From Methanomethylovorans hollandica DSM 15978 (lineage in GTDB: Archaea > Halobacteriota > Methanosarcinia > Methanosarcinales > Methanosarcinaceae), in the NCBI RefSeq assembly GCF_000328665.1, contig NC_019972.1, forward strand, positions 248,001 to 285,109: a DNA stretch of 37,109 nt, given 5' to 3'. The translations under genes were made by a program, and so were the position numbers. The notes under the pieces were generated by a model. The model did not search any database. It saw only the letters and a list, made by a program, of their open reading frames with translations, and had not been told where the DNA came from. This document shows, piece after piece, positions 27,076-35,765 of the stretch (the stretch's first letter is position 1; each line of letters starts with the position of its first letter).

Positions 27076-27867
27076 TTAATATTCTGTTTCATTCAACATT
27101 GTGAGATCCCAATGTGATATCCAATTATATATAGGATAGATTTGCTGTGGAACTATGCTATTTCCTATTACTTCAAGGCGGTCCAGTTGGTTGGTAATCC
27201 CATGAGCCACTCTGTCCACACGGGGTTCAGAGTTCCAGCATGTCCCTGTTCTTTCAGAGTTCCATAAGTGGGACGTTTGCTGTTGTTTCCAGCGAATCTG
27301 GCTTGCATTAAGTCTGTTATAGTAATCATAGAATGAGTAGGAGTTGGGATCAGCTTTTGGTTTCCAGTGATATCCGATAACAAAGATCCTTTCGCGATGA
27401 TGGGGAGCTCCGGCATGGGCAGCTTTCCAGCATCCCCATCCGACAAGATACCCCATTTTGGCCATGTCACTAAGAACTCCTCGAAAGAACCTTCCAGAGT
27501 CGATTGAAAGGATCCCTGGGACGTTCTCAAGCACGATCCATCTTGGAAGAATGCTGCGAATGGTCTTTCGCATGTTTCCCCAGAGATTACGCTCATCATA
27601 AGTACCCATACGTTTTCCATTAATACTGAATGGCTGGCAGGGTATGCCTCCAGATATGATATCGACTTGGTCAATGCCTGCTTTTCTGATAGTACTCCGA
27701 TTGACATTTTTTACATTTCTCCATTTTGGAATATCTGGCCAGTGTCTGCATAGAATATTGTAAGGAAAATCATTTATTTCGGCCATTCCAATAGTTTCAA
27801 TACCAGCCCATTCTGCAGCGATAGATGAGCTGCCTATACCTGTACATAGATCTAAATGGGTTAGCAT
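27076..27867 (-). CDS. DNA (cytosine-5)-methyltransferase alpha-type chain lacking motif IX
   Basis: DLCTGIGS (I), GGIPCQPFS (IV), LENVPG (VI), GAPHHRERIF (VIII), RLEVIGNSIVPQ (X); short at 263 aa. Confidence 0.9.
   Translation of the reverse strand: MLTHLDLCTGIGSSSIAAEWAGIETIGMAEINDFPYNILCRHWPDIPKWRNVKNVNRSTIRKAGIDQVDIISGGIPCQPFSINGKRMGTYDERNLWGNMRKTIRSILPRWIVLENVPGILSIDSGRFFRGVLSDMAKMGYLVGWGCWKAAHAGAPHHRERIFVIGYHWKPKADPNSYSFYDYYNRLNASQIRWKQQQTSHLWNSERTGTCWNSEPRVDRVAHGITNQLDRLEVIGNSIVPQQIYPIYNWISHWDLTMLNETEY
27168..27707 (-). CDS. Nested +1-frame ORF carrying methyltransferase motif IX (beta subunit candidate)
   Basis: 179 codons; TWPKWG, IPTPT and C-terminal LNPVWTEWLMGLPTNWT. Confidence 0.7.
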   Translation of the reverse strand: MSIGVLSEKQALTKSISYLEAYPASHSVLMENVWVLMMSVISGETCERPFAAFFQDGSCLRTSQGSFQSTLEGSFEEFLVTWPKWGILSDGDAGKLPMPELPIIAKGSLLSDITGNQKLIPTPTHSMITITDLMQARFAGNNSKRPTYGTLKEQGHAGTLNPVWTEWLMGLPTNWTALK

Positions 27868-27921
27868 ATGGTATGTTTGTTATTATTTAGATGATAAAAA
27901 AATGAATCAGCCGTTTTTTGA

Positions 27922-28329
27922 TTATCTGAAGGAAATATATTGATTAAAAAGGAATCTAATACTACTTAATACAAAAACAATGTATACAAATAAAACTGTT
28001 ACGAATAAATGTAGTTCTTGCTTGTTTTTTTCAGTATTTTTCATATAACGGAGTCCCATCGAGCTTATGTGAATGGGAATTATAAAAGCACTTGATATGA
28101 GAACAATTGAACACAAAAAAAAGAGGGTTTTGATAAGTGGTGTTATATTGCTCAAAGGATGTTCGTTTTGAAAGTATATTGTAGCTAAGGACACCCCTAA
28201 AAAGATTCCGGAGTCGATTAATTTGATTGTTTTGGGATACACTATGATTTGCTCCTTACCTATAAATTTCAATTGTTCTAATGATATATAAATATGATAT
28301 GTTTTAATTTGATCTGAGTAGTAGTTCAC
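27922..28329 (-). CDS. Hypothetical membrane protein
   Basis: Three hydrophobic segments; GTGA overlap with upstream gene. Confidence 0.6.
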   Translation of the reverse strand: MNYYSDQIKTYHIYISLEQLKFIGKEQIIVYPKTIKLIDSGIFLGVSLATIYFQNEHPLSNITPLIKTLFFLCSIVLISSAFIIPIHISSMGLRYMKNTEKNKQELHLFVTVLFVYIVFVLSSIRFLFNQYISFR

Positions 28330-28793
28330 TGTAGAAATAACTCAACACAATAGAAGAACAGTACTATTCCTGGTATAACTCCTATTATTGTTGGTAAAAT
28401 GAAACCATCTGAGTCGGCTCTGATATAAATTCTTTGTATAAATAATGATATGCCACATACAAAACATACTATACTCGGTAATAATATAGCAATATCAGTG
28501 AGGTATAACCGGTATGCTAGTTGATATGACGATATCCAAAACAAGAAGGATATAATAAGGTATAATGAAGATAAAACTGCAGGTAATGATATAAATTCAT
28601 CTATGGTTGCAGATGAAGAAGCAGTTGAAAAAGATGATTTAATTATTATTAGATTAGCAATGATTATGAGAGTTACAAATGTTTTGGAAAATGCTTGGTG
28701 GAAATATATTAGAATTAGAATTTCGATTATTAGAATTAATCCTGCAATGATAGACCAATTCTCAGTATGGCAGTTGTTATTATCTAAAGACAT
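28326..28793 (-). CDS. Hypothetical membrane protein
   Basis: About five hydrophobic segments. Confidence 0.65.
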   Translation of the reverse strand: MSLDNNNCHTENWSIIAGLILIIEILILIYFHQAFSKTFVTLIIIANLIIIKSSFSTASSSATIDEFISLPAVLSSLYLIISFLFWISSYQLAYRLYLTDIAILLPSIVCFVCGISLFIQRIYIRADSDGFILPTIIGVIPGIVLFFYCVELFLQ

Positions 28794-28840
28794 TGGTGTA
28801 CTTCCTTTAGCAGTTGAAAAATATATACAAGTGTATATTA

Positions 28841-29068
28841 TTATCTGCAGTTGTTGATTTCATAAAGGTTGCATTCCTTGATAGCTTCTGAGAAGGTAGT
28901 AAATTTCTTTATTACTTCACCACTTTTGATATCGAATATTTCGAATGTGTTTTCTTTCAGGTTCTTTCGCAGAGATAGACCAAGCCTTGCAGCTAGATCA
29001 TACTCTACAAGGGAATAATCTGTATTTCGACTAGCTGGTTTGTTGAACTCATTTTCAGTAAGCATCAT
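28841..29068 (-). CDS. Hypothetical protein
   Basis: 75 aa ORF in co-oriented block. Confidence 0.55.
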   Translation of the reverse strand: MMLTENEFNKPASRNTDYSLVEYDLAARLGLSLRKNLKENTFEIFDIKSGEVIKKFTTFSEAIKECNLYEINNCR

Positions 29069-29111
29069 AATATTCTATTATTTGGGATATGATATATTTG
29101 ATTGTTGGGTT

Positions 29112-29666
29112 TTAGAAAAGTGTCATTTGTACAGTGGATTTGCGAGATGTTATCATCTCAACTACGGGGGAAGTAACGGTTTCGACTATTTCTACTTTAG
29201 CTATTCCTCTTCTCTTAAATATAAGATTGATCTCGGATCCTTCAGGATATTCTACTTTTTTCTGAATATCCAGAGTTCCTTTTACATAATCTCGGCCATA
29301 TATTTTTGATGAATAACTCTCGGCAAATTGTAGATTCATAGAAATAATCCCAGTAAAACCAGATTCAACGTACATGAATCCTATTCTAGTTGTGTCTATT
29401 TTAAATCCTCTTCCTGCCCTAGATACTGCGAACTCTCCTTCCTCTTGTGAATAAGTTGGTATTATTGAGATATAGCAAATAGCAAAACCATCTGTTATTT
29501 TAAATGTCTGAATAGAATTTTCCGTTGTTTCGTTTTTCTTATATATCAACGGTATAAGTCGTTGCCATATTGACCCTTCAAAAACATGACAGGGATCTCC
29601 TATCAAAGTCAGATGGTCTTGTATAGTGAATTTGTGTTCTTTTTCAGGAATTATCTCAATCTGCAT
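29112..29666 (-). CDS. Hypothetical protein
   Basis: 184 aa ORF, GGAG RBS, directly downstream of the tRNA. Confidence 0.65.
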   Translation of the reverse strand: MQIEIIPEKEHKFTIQDHLTLIGDPCHVFEGSIWQRLIPLIYKKNETTENSIQTFKITDGFAICYISIIPTYSQEEGEFAVSRAGRGFKIDTTRIGFMYVESGFTGIISMNLQFAESYSSKIYGRDYVKGTLDIQKKVEYPEGSEINLIFKRRGIAKVEIVETVTSPVVEMITSRKSTVQMTLF

Positions 29667-29688
29667 AGTATTTACTCCATGAATTAAG

Positions 29689-29761
29689 TAGCTCCGACCG
29701 GATTCGAACCAGTGTTACAGGATTCAAAGTCCTATATGATTGACCACTACACTACGGAGCT
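29689..29761 (-). tRNA. tRNA-Gln(UUG), no intron, CCA not encoded
   Basis: Full cloverleaf: AGCTCCG/CGGAGCT acceptor, TAGGA-CTTTGAA-TCCTG anticodon arm, ACTGG-TTCGAAT-CCGGT T-arm; A1-U72 pair. Confidence 0.93.
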
Positions 29762-29880
29762 GCAATATGTTTTGTTATTTGTATGTTTTTTTATGAGTAG
29801 TTATATGATATAAATATTATATTTTTGTGGCCAGAAAGGATTAATAGTTACAGGCACATTAAAAACATCGTAATAAAAAT

Positions 29881-31119
29881 TTGGTGAAAACCATGAAACG
29901 AGGACAAATAATGATTTATGGAGTCGTAGCTGTGCTTCTTATTTGTGTTACAGGAGCTATTGCTGTGGCTGTAGATATACCTGAAACAGATACTGTTTCA
30001 GAGGATAGCATGATTGGTGTCGGTATTAGTAATGCTGAAATGACTGATAGATTAGTTCCTGATCCGTATTATGGAAGCATGATGATAAAGGAAGGAGAAA
30101 CTGATAGTTTTGAATTTGTTCTGAAAAATCCAGGAGAAACAACAGCAAATGTTAATTTTTCTGTATATAATCCAGGATATTCTCAGTATCCTATTGATCC
30201 AAGCTGGATTACTATTACTCCTTCGTCTGTATCCATCGAAGCAGGAAAGAGTATCAATGTCAAGGTTGATGTGGCCATACCTGAAGGAACAAAAGTCGCA
30301 ACTTATGACTGCATGTTGAATATTTCAGATGCACAGGGCATTGCGAGTGCAGTTATGGTGATGGTTGATGTATATGCTGATACTAGTATACAGTTCACCC
30401 CATATTCAATATATGATTGGGTAGAAGCTGGAAAAGAATACACATATAATATTACCATAAACAATACAGGAACAAAAGAAGTTTCAATCGATCCAAAATT
30501 GAGTAATGAAATTGGTTATTCTTATCCGGGAGCCGTGTCTGCGTTTGGAAATGATGATATTGAAATAACCAGTCCTTCAAGTGTTCTCCCTGGGGAGAGT
30601 GCAATCGTAAAATTGAAACTGACAGTACCAGAAGGATCTAAAGGTGAATTTTATGGTAGTGTTGATTTGAATATTAATGATTCGAGTATATATGAGGACA
30701 GTGATCAGGTTTCACTTAATTTCCATGTACCTGTAGCACCTTCAGAACCATACCAGATTCCATTCAAAGTTAAAGAAAATGGAACTGCTACTATAGAGCT
30801 AAAGTCAACAAGACCTCAATTTTACTCAATGAAAAGCTATGCTGATCCATCTTTTACTGTAAAGATATATGATCCTCAGGGCAAGGAAGTTAGTCCTACT
30901 TTGATGAGCAATATGTATGGAGGATCTGTGAGTTTAGCAAGTAATCCATACTTAATGATTGCTAATCTTGCCAGCAGTATTTCTGGATATCAGGACAATG
31001 TACAGCAATACATAGATACTTATGATGTAAATGTTACTCCAGGCACATGGACATTATCTGTACTGCCTTCTGCAACTGAGAGCTTCGATTATTCTATTGA
31101 GATTAAACCATCTCAGTAA
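29881..31119 (+). CDS. Secreted/surface protein with Ig-like beta-sandwich domains
   Basis: Signal peptide; repeated LKNPG/INNTG..PSSV..G.S..VK..VP.G pattern; start likely ATG 29893. Confidence 0.75.
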   Translation: MVKTMKRGQIMIYGVVAVLLICVTGAIAVAVDIPETDTVSEDSMIGVGISNAEMTDRLVPDPYYGSMMIKEGETDSFEFVLKNPGETTANVNFSVYNPGYSQYPIDPSWITITPSSVSIEAGKSINVKVDVAIPEGTKVATYDCMLNISDAQGIASAVMVMVDVYADTSIQFTPYSIYDWVEAGKEYTYNITINNTGTKEVSIDPKLSNEIGYSYPGAVSAFGNDDIEITSPSSVLPGESAIVKLKLTVPEGSKGEFYGSVDLNINDSSIYEDSDQVSLNFHVPVAPSEPYQIPFKVKENGTATIELKSTRPQFYSMKSYADPSFTVKIYDPQGKEVSPTLMSNMYGGSVSLASNPYLMIANLASSISGYQDNVQQYIDTYDVNVTPGTWTLSVLPSATESFDYSIEIKPSQ

Positions 31120-31227
31120 TATTGAATATCAAAATATCCGTCATATAAGGTGATGGATATCTTTTTTTTGATCAGAAAAAACGTGGTTAAAAAATAATGA
31201 TGAATTTCAACCATAAGGAATTAAAAA

Positions 31228-31392
31228 CTAGTTCTGAATTGCTATAATGGATTCTTTAGTTGCGTTAAGCTCACTTCTTTCTCCAAGTTCTATTATATTT
31301 GTAGAACTGCAGAAGGGACATTTCTTTCCTGGATGTAGTTCATCCCGATCAAATTTTGCATGGCAATGTTTACATTTTATTATTATATGCAT
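31228..31392 (-). CDS. 54-aa zinc-ribbon microprotein (not in ORF track)
   Basis: MHIIIKCKHCHAKFDRDELHPGKKCPFCSSTNIIELGERSELNATKESIIAIQN; AGGTGA RBS. Confidence 0.7.
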   Translation of the reverse strand: MHIIIKCKHCHAKFDRDELHPGKKCPFCSSTNIIELGERSELNATKESIIAIQN

Positions 31393-31468
31393 AAAATATC
31401 ACCTGAAAAATGTATGTTTTTTTGTTAGACGAAAAAATAGAAAACATGAGCGAAAGGTTGTTTCGCTC

Positions 31469-33871
31469 TTAACTTGTTATAGTTAACTTTGGTCTCTGAG
31501 AAGTGTTTGACCATTCTGAACTATAGAAAGCTATGTAATTGTTGCTTTCTGTCTTGGCTTTTAGGTAGAAACCAGTATTGTTGTAGTTGCCTTGTATGTA
31601 TTCCTGTACAAGTTCTGTGACATCAAATTGATAATATTTGTTGTCAGGTATAGTACTTGCAGGGAATTTGATTGAAGCATAAGGTGTGCTTCCCTGAGCA
31701 ATTCCATTATTATCATACCAGTTTCCTCCGGCTGTGGTCCAGGCAGTACCAGAAATACGGTTATTCCAGCTCACATAGTTTGGATCCCATTCTTTTGGTC
31801 TATATACTTCAACGACAGTATCTGCTGAACGAGTTGTACTTTCTGGATAATACCAATACAAATCCAAAGTTGCTTCTGATATTGTATCTGTTGGTTCAAA
31901 TGCACTTAGATCGAATAATAGCAAATCTCTGCATCCACTTGTACTCTTTCCAACATCAAGATAAGTAATTGTTGAAAATATCGTACTTGGAGATGATTCA
32001 CGTAATCTGTTATCATTAGATGCTGCAAGTGTTACTGTACTGGTTGAATTTGTGTTGACAATAACTTGTACAGTATCAGTAGACTTCTGTCCTGCTGTAT
32101 CAGTAACGGTTAGTGTTACTGTATATGTTCCTGCAGTTGAATAGGTCTTGGCTGTAGTCTTTCCTGTAGCTTCAGAAGTAATGCCATTTGATGCATCAAA
32201 ATCCCATGAGTAAGATATTATGCCTTTATCGTCTGTCGATAAGCTTGCATCGAAACTGACAGATGAACCAAGTGTAACTGCTTTATCAGTACCTGCATTG
32301 GCTACTGGTAGATTATCTGTTTCGTTTGGCACTGAAGAACCGCTTTTAGATGCCTGTGCTGTATTACCATACCTACCAATATTGATCCTACCTCCGTTTG
32401 GTGAGGGTTCATTGCTGTAGGATGAGCTTGAATATCCGGTATCTATTAATGTACTGGATACTGAATCTGCTATCCATGTTCCACTTGAATAGTGCCCTGC
32501 TTTGCTCTTGAGATGATAGTCACGGGAAGCTACATTTGAATTTGTTGAGTCAATACATTGTGGGTTGACATTCAGGTTATTGGTTAGTGTAAAGCTACTA
32601 CCATATGTCTGCCCATTCTTATTATTGTAGATATCATTATTCTGGACTACAAATTTGCAATGGGTAGAATCTGTATTCCATATCCCAACACCTGATCCAG
32701 TAACTGATGAAACACCATCTGAGTTCATAATAATGTTGTTCCGTATAGTAGTTGTATATGTCACATCCTGGATTGGTCTTCCACTCCGGGTAAACCATTT
32801 GATTCCTGCATGACCTCCATCATCAAAAACATTGTTTTCGATTATTGTGTTATCAAAGCTGCATAGGACAATAGCAGCATTGCTGTATCCGGTATTGGAT
32901 CCATACTGCCCGACCTTAGAAAAGGTATTATGGTATATATGTACATTCTTTGCATGGATTATGTCATCGGGATATGAGGCTGACATCCAGATTGCAGCAC
33001 CAAGGACATTATAGATTTTGTTGTTGTATATTTCAATGTTCTCGAATTTGTTCGTGCCTTCTTCAGTGGATTTGTCGAGCTGAATAGCTGGTCCTGTTGA
33101 ACCTCCTCCAGTCAAAGATGAATAGAATATGTTATCATGTATTTTTACATTATATGCTCCTGTTGAAAGTCTACAAGCACTGTTTGTTCGGGTAAATACA
33201 ATGTTATTAGAAACATCGATATCATGGGATGTTATTGCATATAGTGCATCATGTCCCATCTTATAAATATCATTCCCGGTGAATTTTATGACGTTACAGT
33301 TTCTTGTCTTTAGTCCGTCACTGCATCCCCATTCAAGGCGCATATCAGAAACTTCAATATTATCTGCCCCATCAAAATACATGAGAATATAATAAGAGTT
33401 TCCAAGGGATACACCTTGATTATCACTGTTCCCATCAATAGTGAATCCTTTGATAGTAATATGATCGTCTTCTCCAGTGTTTGCTATCAAGGGAACATTC
33501 TCTGCCCATCCGGCATTTTTGATGAGCTTTATTCGAGCAGTAGAATCGCCTGTTAGTATTGTATTAGCACCGACGTTAAGAGTACTGTCTATCCAGTATG
33601 TATTAGGACCTCGTAAGTAAACAGTGCCTCCGCCCTGGCCTTTTATATATGTAAGAGCTTGGTTAATTTCAATGTGATCATTTGAACCGTCACATTTATA
33701 GTTCACAGTTCCGCTTGTGGTGCTTGTTCCGACATATACGGTAGCAGCTGCGGATAAACCAACGCTAAGAAAAGAAGTACATAGAAGACATAACAATACT
33801 AGTAAGATATGACGGGATTTTGCCCATCTTACGCCTTTGACTATATTTTCTTCATAACTTCGTTTATTCAA
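31469..33871 (-). CDS. Disaggregatase-related surface protein: parallel beta-helix, PKD and DNRLRE domains
   Basis: Signal-like hydrophobic stretch; I..N.(I/F) beta-helix repeats; PVANAG..FDAS..SYSWDF (PKD); literal DNRLRE..RPKLTIT. Confidence 0.9.
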   Translation of the reverse strand: MNKRSYEENIVKGVRWAKSRHILLVLLCLLCTSFLSVGLSAAATVYVGTSTTSGTVNYKCDGSNDHIEINQALTYIKGQGGGTVYLRGPNTYWIDSTLNVGANTILTGDSTARIKLIKNAGWAENVPLIANTGEDDHITIKGFTIDGNSDNQGVSLGNSYYILMYFDGADNIEVSDMRLEWGCSDGLKTRNCNVIKFTGNDIYKMGHDALYAITSHDIDVSNNIVFTRTNSACRLSTGAYNVKIHDNIFYSSLTGGGSTGPAIQLDKSTEEGTNKFENIEIYNNKIYNVLGAAIWMSASYPDDIIHAKNVHIYHNTFSKVGQYGSNTGYSNAAIVLCSFDNTIIENNVFDDGGHAGIKWFTRSGRPIQDVTYTTTIRNNIIMNSDGVSSVTGSGVGIWNTDSTHCKFVVQNNDIYNNKNGQTYGSSFTLTNNLNVNPQCIDSTNSNVASRDYHLKSKAGHYSSGTWIADSVSSTLIDTGYSSSSYSNEPSPNGGRINIGRYGNTAQASKSGSSVPNETDNLPVANAGTDKAVTLGSSVSFDASLSTDDKGIISYSWDFDASNGITSEATGKTTAKTYSTAGTYTVTLTVTDTAGQKSTDTVQVIVNTNSTSTVTLAASNDNRLRESSPSTIFSTITYLDVGKSTSGCRDLLLFDLSAFEPTDTISEATLDLYWYYPESTTRSADTVVEVYRPKEWDPNYVSWNNRISGTAWTTAGGNWYDNNGIAQGSTPYASIKFPASTIPDNKYYQFDVTELVQEYIQGNYNNTGFYLKAKTESNNYIAFYSSEWSNTSQRPKLTITS

Positions 33872-34094
33872 CTATTCACTCTCCTTTTTCTTTTTATGTT
33901 TGATTTTACACTCTAGTATCTTGACTTATCAGTTAACTAGAGATAGAGTATATCCACTATAGGACTATGATATTTGATGTAGTGACAACAGATAGATAAT
34001 AACATATAAAGATTTGTACACAATTATATTTAAAAATATTAATGTTTGAATGTTAGTGCAAATGTATGTTTGTAATTTTTTAAAAAAAGAGGAG

Positions 34095-35129
34095 TTAGGT
34101 TTCCATTACAATCCGGAAACCAATGTTAGTGTCTTCTTCGGTTGGATATTTGCTTGTTCTTTCTGCAGACATGCAGTTTCCGGCTGAAGATCCCCAAAAA
34201 CCTCCTCTCAGTACCTTTGGGTTTGATCCAGGTTCATCCCATGCGCTTCCGTCTGTAGGTGCTTCTTTGTAATTTTGGTGCCAATCGTCCTGCACCCATT
34301 CAAATACATTACCATACATATCATAAAGTCCCCATGGATTTGATTGTTTTTGGCCTACAGAATAAGTTTCATCTTCAGAATTATCAATATACCATGCATA
34401 ATCTCCAAGTTCGGTTTCATCATCTCCAAAGAAGTACGATGATTTTGTACCTGCTTTGCAGGCATATTCCCATTCAGCTTCTGTCGGAAGGCGATATTTA
34501 GTAGTATTTTCGAGTTTGTTTAGTTTGGAGATAAATTCCTGCGCTTCTTTCCATGATACCTGATCAACTGGCTGGTTTCTTCCTTTAGATGTAGAAGGGT
34601 TCTCGTCCATTATTTCGTTCCATTGCCTCTGTGTAACTTCATACTTTCCAATATAAAAGTCATTTTTTATTTCAACTGTATGAGTAGGTTGCATTATCTG
34701 AGAGTTTGAATATTCTCCTGCACCCATCTCAAATTCTCCGGCTGAAATTAGAACAAGATCTATTCCAATTGAATTGGTTTTAGTTGGCTCTGATTCTGTT
34801 TTTTCAGTTGAAGTTGTAGTTGATGCTGTCGAATTTATTGTATTATTTGTCGTTTCATTTACTATTTCTGTATTTGAAGTACTTTTAGTTGACTTTTTGT
34901 TAATATGAGTTTCATTATTAGCTCGAACAGTCATTTTGTCTAGAGTGGTGTTTTCGGTTAAATTCTGGGTTGTGTTTTTCGCGAGTGATACTTCCATAGT
35001 GGCAGTATTTACAAAACTGGTTGGTTCTTTATTGACATATCCAGCAAGAGCCGCTACGGCAATAACACCTAGTAGTAATATTAATAGAATCTTCATTTTC
35101 AATAAGATCACCATTGTACTAAAAAACAT
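34095..35129 (-). CDS. Formylglycine-generating enzyme (SUMF1)-family domain protein with N-terminal anchor and Thr-rich linker
   Basis: F.MG, IGKYEVTQ, PVDQVSW, RLPTEAEWEYACKAG, NPWGLYDMYGNVFEW, RGG.W, GFRI. Confidence 0.9.
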   Translation of the reverse strand: MFFSTMVILLKMKILLILLLGVIAVAALAGYVNKEPTSFVNTATMEVSLAKNTTQNLTENTTLDKMTVRANNETHINKKSTKSTSNTEIVNETTNNTINSTASTTTSTEKTESEPTKTNSIGIDLVLISAGEFEMGAGEYSNSQIMQPTHTVEIKNDFYIGKYEVTQRQWNEIMDENPSTSKGRNQPVDQVSWKEAQEFISKLNKLENTTKYRLPTEAEWEYACKAGTKSSYFFGDDETELGDYAWYIDNSEDETYSVGQKQSNPWGLYDMYGNVFEWVQDDWHQNYKEAPTDGSAWDEPGSNPKVLRGGFWGSSAGNCMSAERTSKYPTEEDTNIGFRIVMET

Positions 35130-35225
35130 AATGATATAAAATTATTTGCTTTGTTTATATCGACTATTTGCTTTTTTTTGTTTTTGGATTAATCCATTAG
35201 CTTCAAACTTCGATACTTTTATTCT

Positions 35226-35680
35226 GGTGGGTGTTTCGTGGAAGTATTACTTAGAAAAAGAATACTTTTATGGAAACCGACTTTCGTAATCAAGAGACTT
35301 CAAAAGCATAGTAAACCATAAAGTCCATATTTTGTAAAATCGGTATCTATAGATAATTTGACCAATATTGATATATTTAATACTTCTATCGTGGGGTGTC
35401 TTGATAATCGTAATTTATATCCAAATCGTCACTGAATAGTGATTATGTTTTAGGATACCCACCCACCCCTTGATGGAAGTAATAACGGAAAATGCACATA
35501 AACTGCAGAGCAGTGTATGTTTCTTTTAAAAATGCACGGTTGTATGGTTTTGTAATTTTTTCTATAAATAGTTTATTACATATAATGTGATCATTTTTTT
35601 GTTTGTAAAAATGAAAAATACCTTCTTTACTTTTACTGAGGGGTGGGTGTTAGAAAACTAATGGAAATACTTTTATAACG
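35226..35680. other. Candidate Orc1/Cdc6-dependent replication origin
   Basis: GGTGGGTG at 35226 and 35642, inverted CACCCACCCC at 35460, TGGAA(G/A) mini-ORB-like motifs near 35239, 35271, 35474 and 35662, AT-rich tract about 35520-35636; directly upstream of cdc6. Confidence 0.6.
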
Positions 35681-35765
35681 GGATATCCCTATAAAACTAA
35701 TGCAATAACGAGTATCAGAGATTATCTATCCCTAAAAAAGTGTATCACCATGAAGAGGAGAGACT

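Noticed and set aside
16298..27867. Complete restriction-modification systems
   Set aside because: No PD-(D/E)xK, HNH or helicase-type endonuclease recognised next to any MTase, though divergent ones are hard to see by eye
34095..34260. FGE C-terminus as a diversity-generating retroelement target
   Set aside because: No template-repeat copy or reverse transcriptase seen in the window; cannot be excluded elsewhere on the replicon
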